Below are positions 48,471 to 57,838 of a DNA stretch of 64,000 nt, one piece after another (within the stretch, counting starts at the first letter, position 1; every line of letters starts with the position of its first letter). A program made the position numbers and the translations under genes. The stretch lies in IMG/VR virus record IMGVR_UViG_3300045996_002337, positions 248,001-312,000 of that record. The stretch is one strand, 5' to 3'. Under the pieces are notes generated by a model. The model did no database searches and was not told the origin of the DNA. It saw nothing but the letters and a program-made list of their open reading frames with translations.

Positions 48471-49028
48471 TCACCTTTGATCGTCACGCCTTCCAAAGTC
48501 GGGAAACGCTTCGGGCTGGACAGGTCCAAAAACGGGAGGCACCTCGACCTCACCGTGAGAACCGTCCTGGACCAGTTGATGACACTTAACCCCACGCTTT
48601 TCGAGCCGCTCAACACCTTCAGGTAGACGGTAGTGCTTGCGGTACACTACACGGGAAATCTTGGCCTGCACGATCAGTTTCGCACATTCTGGGCAGGGAG
48701 AATAGGTGGTGTAGAGTGTCGCCCCGCGAGAGCTCACCCCACCATTGGCTGCAAGTTTGAGAATTGCGTTGGCCTCAGCGTGGAGAACTTCCTGCTTGGT
48801 TCGAACATTGCCATCTTCGTCATACATCTCGCATACATCGTCTTCACCTTCTGCACCCGCAGGCATGCCATTGTAGCCATCCGAGATGATCTGACCATCC
48901 TTCACGATGAGGGCCCCCACCTGGGCACGGGTGGCTTTGGAGCGCTTTGACCAAACCTCAGCCATTTGCATGTAGGCCTCATCGAGCTCGATGCGATTTG
49001 TGTTAACTTTGAGAATTGGTTTGTTCAT
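48471..49028 (-). CDS. dCMP deaminase
   Basis: GYNG, HAEANA, SPCPECAK. Confidence 0.93.
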   Translation of the reverse strand: MNKPILKVNTNRIELDEAYMQMAEVWSKRSKATRAQVGALIVKDGQIISDGYNGMPAGAEGEDDVCEMYDEDGNVRTKQEVLHAEANAILKLAANGGVSSRGATLYTTYSPCPECAKLIVQAKISRVVYRKHYRLPEGVERLEKRGVKCHQLVQDGSHGEVEVPPVFGPVQPEAFPDFGRRDDQR

Positions 49029-49071
49029 GCTCCTATTTTAACACAGGAACATGAACGCAACATTTTCGTCT

Positions 49072-50301
49072 TCAGGTCGTTTTTGGCTTCTGATACACAC
49101 GAACCCAATCAACCTTCAGGGCCTGAGGAAAGACTGAATCATCAATCCCATGGCGACCTGCCCATTGTCCGCCCAAAGCAAGGTTCAAGATGATGTGGGC
49201 GGGCGCGCCAAGTGTACCATCAGAGTACTTCCAAGGTGATTTTCGGACGTAGATTGCTGTGCCATCTACGTAGACCTTTGCGTTGTCCCAGTCCCACTCT
49301 AGACCTACGGTATGCCACCCTTCAGTGAACTTGTAGTCTGCCGGCCAATAGGTCCACTGCTTGTTGAACTTTGGATGGGCCCAGTAGAATGGAGCTGGAT
49401 GTTTAGCGGTTCCAACCACGCCCGAATGAAGCATGTGCGGCCGATCCTCTACTCCGTTATTGACGAACTCGAAGATGTCGATTTCTGGAGGCCAGCTCAA
49501 CTTGCCTTTATCCGAAACATCTGAGTTGAGCCAGAACGCCGCTGAGCATCCAACGCCAGGTGGCATCCAAACTCGGGCTTCGTAGTAGCCCCAGTAGAAG
49601 GTTGCATCTGAGCGAATTAACCCAGATTCATAGTTGACGCCATCGGGGTGATCGTTACGAACCTTGTGAGCTGTTAGCTCGAGGGCCCCATCTTTAACGA
49701 TGTGGTTATTGTTGTCACGGTAGCGCTGCACCTCGTCGTTGAGGTAATCACCGGTCCCAGCAGAATAAATCGTGCGAGTGTGCCACTTGCTTCGATCAAG
49801 CTCAGTTCCATTAAACTCATCGTTAAACACGAGTTCGTACCCTGCAGGCACGAATGAACCTTCAGTGCTGGTGATTGGTTGCGTGAGAGAAATTGCTTCA
49901 CATTCCATGAGAGAAATGGAATCAACATGGCAGCGGCTGCCATTTGCGATAACTGCGACAACGCCTTTGGTAAAGATCGGCGCGATGAAGCGAACTTCAT
50001 AGTCCTTCCACTCAGTGCCCGTCATCTTCACTTCGTAGCTGCGGAATGTTTCATCGGCGGCTGTTTTGAATCTCACCATTCCAGTAGCAAAGCCAGTGGT
50101 GGCAGTCATTTTTGCGCGAATCTTCAGAACATATGACGCACGTGCCTTGAGCAGGCCATGATTAAAAAGCTGCTTGGCGAGATAGCCAATGTTGAGCGCC
50201 TTACCACCTGGTCGCTCCGTGCTAGAAATTACAGTTGCGGTGCTTAACGTCCAGTTTGCAGCAACGTTTTCAAAAGTTCCGTCCTTGACCATTTCAACCA
50301 T
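49072..50301 (-). CDS. GH16 glycoside hydrolase with N-terminal CBM-like domain
   Basis: LVFNDEFNG, WPPEIDIFE, ILNLALGG, VDWVRVYQ. Confidence 0.9.
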   Translation of the reverse strand: MVEMVKDGTFENVAANWTLSTATVISSTERPGGKALNIGYLAKQLFNHGLLKARASYVLKIRAKMTATTGFATGMVRFKTAADETFRSYEVKMTGTEWKDYEVRFIAPIFTKGVVAVIANGSRCHVDSISLMECEAISLTQPITSTEGSFVPAGYELVFNDEFNGTELDRSKWHTRTIYSAGTGDYLNDEVQRYRDNNNHIVKDGALELTAHKVRNDHPDGVNYESGLIRSDATFYWGYYEARVWMPPGVGCSAAFWLNSDVSDKGKLSWPPEIDIFEFVNNGVEDRPHMLHSGVVGTAKHPAPFYWAHPKFNKQWTYWPADYKFTEGWHTVGLEWDWDNAKVYVDGTAIYVRKSPWKYSDGTLGAPAHIILNLALGGQWAGRHGIDDSVFPQALKVDWVRVYQKPKTT

Positions 50302-50394
50302 TTCGTCTCCTTGAGGGGCTTCACAGCCAATATTTAAGAGACGATGACTGGGTGTCTGGTTTTTGATTACACTTTGGTCACTTTCTGTACTTGG

Positions 50395-51006
50395 TTAAAA
50401 ACTGTAGTTGGCGGCCGCGATACGGCATTTTACCTGCCACGTCTTGTTGCTGTCCGGCTTCAAGCAGGCTTTCAGAGTGGCGTTCGGGTCCTTGAGCACG
50501 AGACCTTCATCTTCAGCGCTAAGAGTGTCGAAGAGAGCCGTGAAACCACCGGTGAAGCACTTTGCCAGCGTGATGCGATCGGCGATGCGGTACTGATCGG
50601 ACTCTGCTTCACCGCCGAATTTTTGGCGCATTGCAAGAACGCGCGATGCGAAGGTAGTTCCAACGAGGGAAACGCCATCACGAACGAGCTGATCGAAGAT
50701 GAAGAGCTCATTCTTCGGCCCGCCGGTGACCTTGCTGTGGAGCAGCTCAGCCGTGTAGACGTTCCAGCCTTCGGAGCCAGAGAAGAACTTGATGTGGTCA
50801 GCTTGTGGGGTCCACAGCTTGTGATCGTCGTTGTGGCGGGTCTTGAAGATGACTTGGTCACCCTTCGCGAAGATCACCGTGCACGTGCCGTTCTTCTTTT
50901 TCTGCGCAACGAAGCCACGCTTCTGGTAAAAGCCAAGCATCGGTTTAGCGATTTTTTGTTCCGGACGAGGTGGCCACCAATACTGGTACTCGTTGTAATC
51001 CATCAC
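50395..51006 (-). CDS. Minimal ATP-dependent ligase/capping-type nucleotidyltransferase domain
   Basis: QKKKNG (motif I), AEL, FD, EGLVLK (motif IV), WQVKCR (motif V). Confidence 0.65.
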   Translation of the reverse strand: MMDYNEYQYWWPPRPEQKIAKPMLGFYQKRGFVAQKKKNGTCTVIFAKGDQVIFKTRHNDDHKLWTPQADHIKFFSGSEGWNVYTAELLHSKVTGGPKNELFIFDQLVRDGVSLVGTTFASRVLAMRQKFGGEAESDQYRIADRITLAKCFTGGFTALFDTLSAEDEGLVLKDPNATLKACLKPDSNKTWQVKCRIAAANYSF

Positions 51007-51405
51007 AGACCCTTCTTGAAGATTTCCGTGGCGAGTTCCATGACGAAATCATCCACGAGTTTCCGCTGCTCCATCATCTTCTCGATGCGTTCGGAAAGAT
51101 TGGAAGTGGATGCGCTCTCTACTCGCTTGATTGCGAGGTCAAGAGCAGTCCACATTTCAAGAAGTTGGTTGGCTTGTTCGGTGTGCATGATGCATTATAC
51201 TCCAACCTGCGGAGCGTGTACACTGATTATTTCTGTTTGCGCCGTTCCCACATCAGTACGTTGTGTAGGATATCTGACGCGCGCTGCCAGGGTTTTCGAT
51301 GATCTTGGCGCGTGAGTGTGCACTCAATCCATTCAAGAATTTCTTCATGCGTTAGCTGCTCGACAGTCTTCTCTTCCCAAGGTTTGAGCTTATCGATTTC
51401 GTTGG

Positions 51406-51867
51406 TCATTTCTGTTCGTCCATGTACTTCCAGGAGGCCACCAAGGAATCACCAAGTCGGTTCATGAAGACCTTGTCAAAGGACCAGAACACGTGGTTGT
51501 CAATGTCCCACCAGAGGTCCGTCACATGATACTTTGAAGGTCGACGACCCGCTTCAAAGTGTGAAGATTCCTTCAGTCGCAATTTGTTGGCACGCATGGC
51601 CACAAGGTGCTGGAAGTACTCCTCAAACTCTGCCTCATCAAAGGTATGAAGAACACGGAGCGATTTCTCACCTTCGAGGATGCGGTTGTCAACCGTCAGT
51701 TTGATCTTGTCGACGTTTGCCTGCAGCTGACGAAGCGACTGAGGGAGAGCACCGAATTCAAATTCGGCGCTGCCCATGTAATCGAGGTTTGCGACTTGAG
51801 AGAATCGACCTTCCGTCAGAGGACGGCGAATCTCGCAACGTTGAATGAGGTAGGGGGTCTTGATCAT
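51406..51867 (-). CDS. Conserved phage hypothetical protein (DYMGSAEFEFG)
   Basis: ORF, 153 aa. Confidence 0.7.
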   Translation of the reverse strand: MIKTPYLIQRCEIRRPLTEGRFSQVANLDYMGSAEFEFGALPQSLRQLQANVDKIKLTVDNRILEGEKSLRVLHTFDEAEFEEYFQHLVAMRANKLRLKESSHFEAGRRPSKYHVTDLWWDIDNHVFWSFDKVFMNRLGDSLVASWKYMDEQK

Positions 51868-51878
51868 TTTCTTTCCTT

Positions 51879-52289
51879 TCAGTAGCCGCGAACACGCTTC
51901 TGCAGTTCAGCAGAAACCAGGGTGGTGAGCACCGCGTGGGCGTTGAGCAGCACTTCCAGTTGTTCCTTTGTGAAGCTTGCCACGACTGCTTGCGCTGCTT
52001 CGCGCTTGCGCCGCTCTTCTTCGAAATGGGCCAACGCGGAGGTGAGGTTCTCGAGGAAGCTCTCGAATTCCCATGGCTCGCAGGCTTCGCCGACGGATTG
52101 ATCCACGTCGTATCGGTGGCCCGTGTAAGCGGGCATCGTGAGCCGTAGGGAGTCCGTGAGAGAAAGTTCGGCGTACATACCGTGCTTCTTCAGCTGACCA
52201 ACCAGACGCATGGCCTTCACGGCGCACTCATCGAATGTCAGGGGCGCCTCTTCAACAGTGACTTCAACTTGAGCTTTTGCTTTTGCCAT
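51879..52289 (-). CDS. Hypothetical protein
   Basis: GGAG SD. Confidence 0.65.
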   Translation of the reverse strand: MAKAKAQVEVTVEEAPLTFDECAVKAMRLVGQLKKHGMYAELSLTDSLRLTMPAYTGHRYDVDQSVGEACEPWEFESFLENLTSALAHFEEERRKREAAQAVVASFTKEQLEVLLNAHAVLTTLVSAELQKRVRGY

Positions 52290-53167
52290 TTTTCAGTTCT
52301 CCTTCAGCAATTGTCTTGAAAGTACTCGCGCACGACTTCAACAGCTTCTTCCATCCACGCTTCATCGATTCCCTTGGTCGCGAGGAAGGCGCGGATTCGG
52401 GAGTCGAGCTCTTCATCTTCGAAGCTTTCGTCGTCATTTTCGTCGTAGTTGGCGTCGAGGAAGTCGTCAGCGTATTCTTGAAATTTGTTGTTCATGCTCT
52501 TCACCGGCGGATCACGATGGTGAAGGTTTCGCCGTCGAGCGACTTCGGAGGATCAACTTCGAAACCGAGCATCGTGAAAACATCGGCTTGTTCGTACGCC
52601 TTGTAAGCATCGTCGAACGTCATTTCGGTTTCCTTGTTAACGTGTTGAAGGCAGGAAACGGTAACTGCGTTGAATTCCATGATCGTTCCAGTTTGGTTGG
52701 TATGATGCTATTATATCCAACCTGCGCTAGATGTACACTACTTTTTAGCGCGACAGGAACTCACGGTAGGTGAATGAATCATTTGCCTCCATCATCTTCC
52801 TTTTCGAGAGCATCCAGAAAGATCTTCTTGTACGAGTTAACGCTGCCAACAAAGTTGGTGTGTGGCTCAACCTTGTCCTTCTTGCCAAGTGGTTGAACCT
52901 CGTGGAGATGGGAGATGAACTTCTCCCAGAGTTCCCCAGCCTCTTCTCGCTTCACGCAATCACCAGCGAAGCGCGCTTTTGGCGGATGGCCTTGGCGACA
53001 AGTTCCTCAGCGACTTCGCGGGTCACTCCCTGGGCCACGATGGCCGAGTCCTTGCGCCGCATCACCGAGTACAGCTTGATGGCGACAGCCTTGGGTGCGG
53101 GGCGGCGAGCGAAGAGGGCGAGCTTGATTTGACGAATCTTCATGATGTTTCCTTTCGTTATGTGAGA

Positions 53168-53878
53168 TTAGGCGGCGACCTTCTTGGATTTGGCGATTTC
53201 TGCCACGCCTTCAGCTTCCAGTTCAGCGACTTCGTCGGTTTCCGGGACAAGGTAGCTTGCGACGTTCGTCTGGAGAGCTTCCATCGGGTATTCGGCGTTG
53301 AGCTTCGGCTTCAGCGCCATCGTGGTGACGATGCGGAGAGCGGTTTGACGTGCTTCACCTTCGAGCTTGAAGGCTGCGTCCATGAGTTCATCGCTGACAA
53401 CCATCTTGGAAACTTCTTCTTGCAGAACGATGAAGTCTTCGGGAACGATCTTCTCGAGGGCCTTCGAAACCTTTTCCATGAGCTTCTCATCACCTGCGTA
53501 CTTCGGGTTGATGCCGAACATTTCGGTGGTTACCACTTGCTTGAAAGCGGTAAGGCCGAGACTTTCGAGAACTTCGAGCTCGTCGGCGTTCAGCGCGGAA
53601 TTGGTGCCGCGCTTGCGCATTTCAACAGAGCAGGTTGCCATGCCATCGACACCCTTGAAGGATTCCGGACGAACGTTGGTTTCCATCGCGAGGAACTCGG
53701 AGAAACCGGCTTCCTTGATCTCGGTTGCGAGAGTGGACTTCACAGCCTCGAGGTTCTTGATCATCGCTTCGACTTCAGCGAGAGATTGGATACCAGCCAG
53801 AGCAATTTCCTGCTTCGTGGCCTTGGCCTTGGCGGTGGGCTTTGCGGAAACCTTGGCAGCTTTTGCGAAAATGCTCAT
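53168..53878 (-). CDS. Early hypothetical protein
   Basis: Early promoter and AAGGA SD, 236 aa. Confidence 0.75.
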   Translation of the reverse strand: MSIFAKAAKVSAKPTAKAKATKQEIALAGIQSLAEVEAMIKNLEAVKSTLATEIKEAGFSEFLAMETNVRPESFKGVDGMATCSVEMRKRGTNSALNADELEVLESLGLTAFKQVVTTEMFGINPKYAGDEKLMEKVSKALEKIVPEDFIVLQEEVSKMVVSDELMDAAFKLEGEARQTALRIVTTMALKPKLNAEYPMEALQTNVASYLVPETDEVAELEAEGVAEIAKSKKVAA

Positions 53879-54301
53879 TTGAATTCCTTCAAGTTTGGTT
53901 GGTATAGATGAATTATATTCAACCTGCGGTTTCTGTACACATCTAAAGTGTAACAGTTAGACATGCCCTTTCATTTGGCGCTCGAGTTGACAAGCTTGTA
54001 GCCCCTATCCGCGAGGTGGAGCACCAGCTCTTGATGGAAACCCTCGGCACGGTCGATGTGCGCGAACGTTTTCAAGTCACTTGCGTACCGCACCTTACCT
54101 TTCTTGAGAATGATTAGGCGGACCACGTACGATGGCCAAGTTTCGTGATGTACGTACCTTGAATGAACTGTGACATCGCGCCCAGTTTTTTCAAGTTTAG
54201 AAAATGAATAGTGGGTAGCCATGTGTCTATTGTAGCTCGAGTTCTTCAACCTGTACAACGTTGAAGTGTAACACCCCACAAAGGACCCGCAGGTCCTTTG
54301 T

Positions 54302-56398
54302 TTAACTTACTCCGTGACCGAAGCTTGTGAGTCGCATTCGCGTTGCGTCTCCACCTACGTACATCGCGAGACCTGGTGAACCACCGGTGAGAGGCGTTCC
54401 ATCAGTATAATCAATAGCTGCTGTCGTGCTACCGTTTAGATAGACTCGAATCCGTCCGTTCAAGCTAGTGATCTTAACCGTGTTTGGCCCAGTGAATGTC
54501 AAGCCGTGGGCCGTCGTGTCACTTACCTGTGCGCTTGCTCTGTAAAGCAAGATCGACGAAGAATTAAGGCGCACGTGGTATCCCTCACCTGCACCGCTCC
54601 GATGAATGTACAAGTATAAGGTTTCACCGTTAGCCGTGAACGTCGTACCACCAGCAAGCGTAGCTTGAGCTGCTTGGTTTGTGCCCGTCACTGAGCTTAG
54701 ATATGGAGGATCGTTATGCTCAACATAGCCGTTGCCAGTTACCTGCAGCGCCGAGTTTGTTACCGCGTAGCGAGCGTCGCCACTCCAGTTTGAATCAATC
54801 TGCTCAAGTGTTGTGCCATTAGCTTGATTGAAGAGGATGGATGTGCCGATGGTCGGTTCAGTTCCATTTGGTTCCCCACCACCAGGTTCCCCACCACCAG
54901 GTTCCCCACCACCAGGTTCCTCTACTGGTGTGACTCCTGTTTCACCGAGCGCCCAAGATGGCAACGCAATCATGTACGATGATTTATCTGAGCGACTGCC
55001 TCCTTGGGTCAGTGGCATGTCAGATGCAAACAACACACGCGTAAAGTCGTTGTTTACAGTGCCGTGCGGTTCAGAGAAGTAATCCTCCTCGTCGGGCCGA
55101 ACCTCAGTGTACGTGTATGCAAGGCGCTTTGGCGTTTCTGGCGTAGGAGTAAGCTTAGCTGCCATGATAACGCCATCTTTCCAAATCATTCCGGTGTTGT
55201 TTGGAAGATACCAATCTTTGGTGTAAGAACCAACTAAAACCCAGCCAGGGCGTTTAGTAGCAGTCCCACACATGTGCCACGCATAATCAGTACCGCCATA
55301 ACCAGAGAACATTGGATATGCAACGCCATTGTCGAGGCGACGGTAGAAGAGATATCCATCGGGAACATCAGGCATATTACCGTCATTATAGTTCACGGAT
55401 ACATACACCTCGTTACCTTCAGCATCAATTGCCGTATCGGCGTGCTCGCCGTAGTAGCTAAGCTGGGTGAAGTTGCCGGTGTCCTTGTCGTAAGCTCGCG
55501 TTCCATCTGTAGTGTTGATGCCTTGTGCAGCTGCTTGCGCCATGGTGTAGCCTGATGCATTTGACCAAGACACGATGGCGTACTTGCCCTTAGGGCTCGT
55601 AGAAATGTTGTTTGGCTTATTGGTAGTTGGCCAGCTTCTAGCAATTGTGTTTGTTTGACGATCATACATGATAAAGCCAATCATGTTGAACTGTTCATCT
55701 TGACACGCAAGAGCCCACCAACGACCATCGTCACTCGGCCGACCTTCACCCTGAAATGAAATTCGAGTTACGTTGTTCCAACCAAGAGCCGCCATGTGAG
55801 ACGTAAAATCAAATGCTATCGTGCGAACTTTTGTTGACACATTGAAATCGTAAAAAACTAACCCGCCATTGATATCGGTGCATGTGATGATGTTTGGATC
55901 TGTTGGATGCCACATCGGCTCACAGTCACCTGTTAGCTGCCATGTGTTGCTTGGAAGACCGAGCGCATTGGCTGCTGGTGAGGCGGTGCGCCCTCCGGGC
56001 AAGCGCACGAATGTGTTCGCATCGTAAAGATACCAAGCGCCACGTGACGACTGCGAAATGAATAGGGTGTTATTGCAGTTGAATGCCTGCCGGCGACTGT
56101 ACTCATGGCGATTATGGGTAGCATCTCCGTCAACATCTGCTAAGGAAGTAGCTCTGAAAATCTTTGTTCCAAAGGTGGGTTCAGTGAAACTTGGAACCGT
56201 GATGGAGCTTGCCTTCGATGCTGGCTTTAGCACCTGCTGTCGCGTGAGATACGTCTGATTCTGAACAGGGCGCCAAGAAGTATCATAGAGCGCGTCGAAG
56301 GTTTTAGCCACATTGCCACGAACCACGGGGGGTGCAACTCGCGGCAACGCATTTCTTACCGCGCGTTGGATCTGAGAAAACATGAAGCGCTTTGTCAT
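54302..56398 (-). CDS. Putative virion surface protein: beta-propeller + EPGGG linker + C-terminal beta-sandwich
   Basis: Paralogous domains shared with 59870-63178. Confidence 0.7.
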   Translation of the reverse strand: MTKRFMFSQIQRAVRNALPRVAPPVVRGNVAKTFDALYDTSWRPVQNQTYLTRQQVLKPASKASSITVPSFTEPTFGTKIFRATSLADVDGDATHNRHEYSRRQAFNCNNTLFISQSSRGAWYLYDANTFVRLPGGRTASPAANALGLPSNTWQLTGDCEPMWHPTDPNIITCTDINGGLVFYDFNVSTKVRTIAFDFTSHMAALGWNNVTRISFQGEGRPSDDGRWWALACQDEQFNMIGFIMYDRQTNTIARSWPTTNKPNNISTSPKGKYAIVSWSNASGYTMAQAAAQGINTTDGTRAYDKDTGNFTQLSYYGEHADTAIDAEGNEVYVSVNYNDGNMPDVPDGYLFYRRLDNGVAYPMFSGYGGTDYAWHMCGTATKRPGWVLVGSYTKDWYLPNNTGMIWKDGVIMAAKLTPTPETPKRLAYTYTEVRPDEEDYFSEPHGTVNNDFTRVLFASDMPLTQGGSRSDKSSYMIALPSWALGETGVTPVEEPGGGEPGGGEPGGGEPNGTEPTIGTSILFNQANGTTLEQIDSNWSGDARYAVTNSALQVTGNGYVEHNDPPYLSSVTGTNQAAQATLAGGTTFTANGETLYLYIHRSGAGEGYHVRLNSSSILLYRASAQVSDTTAHGLTFTGPNTVKITSLNGRIRVYLNGSTTAAIDYTDGTPLTGGSPGLAMYVGGDATRMRLTSFGHGVS
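54870..54920. repeat. 15-bp tandem repeat encoding (EPGGG)3
   Basis: ggttccccaccacca x3. Confidence 0.9.
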
Positions 56399-57837
56399 AC
56401 GTTCTTACCTTTGATTGCGAAGGCAATGCCACCCACGGGGGTTCCGTTATTACTTTGACCCGTGAATGCTGGTGTATATGTTCCGGTAGATGTTACTTGT
56501 TTGCCAACCACGATGATTTGATTCTGCATGTTAGAACCGTTGTTGCTGTTTGGCGCACCCGTACCTTCAATGAGCGGCCATGCTGCGTCATACACCATCA
56601 TGTCTGCACTTTCGTACCAGCTGCCAAAGTAAAGAATCAGATCATGGGAATATGTGGTCGGCTCAAGAGCAACAGAGACGGGTAGACTATCCCCGTTGTA
56701 ATACGTGTCTACAAATCCTGGGGTTCCATCAAAAATGGCCGCGTCGTAGTTCTGCACGCGCATTGCCACAAGCCCTTTGTAATCACCTGAAGAGCCAGTG
56801 ATCGTAATAGAGCCTGCTTGCGTCGCAACACCGGTAAAGCAGTTGAATGCGAGATCTGCATCAATGCCAACATCGGTGGCAATCGCCTTGTTGAATGTGA
56901 TACCTGGGGCCGTAATCGCTGTCGTTGGCATGTTGCCCGCCGCGTATGTGCTAAAGCCCGCAACGATCAAATCGCCAACTTGAACATCAGCGAGGGTTAC
57001 GGTTGCTGGCGTGCCAACTCCATTCACATAGTTAACTTGAGGCGTGCCTACGATAGAAGGGGCCGTTGGGGCTGTAGCTGGTGGTTCAGCAACTGGTGCA
57101 ACGGGGATTGGACGGACGCGCTTCACTGCCTCTGCCGCCATACCACCAATAACAGCGTAACCTGCATTTCCCGGGTGGGTGTAATCATCTGCTGTACCAT
57201 CCGAGCGCGCCCAAAGACCAGTCGCAATGAAAGCCTCAGGCGTCCATACGTTTGCAGCGAACATGTTTGCAAACACCGGATACGCCGCCACATCACAGAG
57301 AATGTCTGCGTACTCTGCCCAATGTGTACGCATTAGATTATTTGCTTGGATAATTGCTGCATTGCGACTATCAGCCCACGCCTGACCTTCGCCTGCAGGA
57401 ACAGCACCAGCAGGCGTGGTTGTCATCGTGATGATGGTCAGCTTTGCGCCCTTTGTTTTGGCAGCAGCTTTTCTAGCAAGGCAGTAGTTTGCCCACGCTG
57501 TATGTGATGCCGTTGCATTGAAGTTGTTTGCCTTGAGGTCATTAATGAACTCGTGAACAATCAGAATGTTGTGCTTCGTCGCGTCTACATCTGCGTCAAT
57601 TGTTGCTGCTTGCGCCAGCATAGTACCAGCGCCTGCATTAGTGGCGATGCTCATGCCCGCCACCGCTCTATTAACAAGGGTGATCCCCTTGCCGTTGAGC
57701 GGCTGCTTGGTCTGCATAACGCCTTGCCAGCGGGTTGAGGTACCGCTCGCACCAACTCCAGCACCAAGGCTGTTGCCAGCCGTGACGATCTTGAAGTCGG
57801 TGGAAGAGAGCTTAGCTCTCGGAAAAAGGCGTCTCAT
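56395..57837 (-). CDS. SGNH/GDSL hydrolase-domain virion protein
   Basis: AGNSL block I, G block II, ND block III, DYTHP..GY block V. Confidence 0.8.
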   Translation of the reverse strand: MRRLFPRAKLSSTDFKIVTAGNSLGAGVGASGTSTRWQGVMQTKQPLNGKGITLVNRAVAGMSIATNAGAGTMLAQAATIDADVDATKHNILIVHEFINDLKANNFNATASHTAWANYCLARKAAAKTKGAKLTIITMTTTPAGAVPAGEGQAWADSRNAAIIQANNLMRTHWAEYADILCDVAAYPVFANMFAANVWTPEAFIATGLWARSDGTADDYTHPGNAGYAVIGGMAAEAVKRVRPIPVAPVAEPPATAPTAPSIVGTPQVNYVNGVGTPATVTLADVQVGDLIVAGFSTYAAGNMPTTAITAPGITFNKAIATDVGIDADLAFNCFTGVATQAGSITITGSSGDYKGLVAMRVQNYDAAIFDGTPGFVDTYYNGDSLPVSVALEPTTYSHDLILYFGSWYESADMMVYDAAWPLIEGTGAPNSNNGSNMQNQIIVVGKQVTSTGTYTPAFTGQSNNGTPVGGIAFAIKGKNV

Positions 57838-57838
57838 A

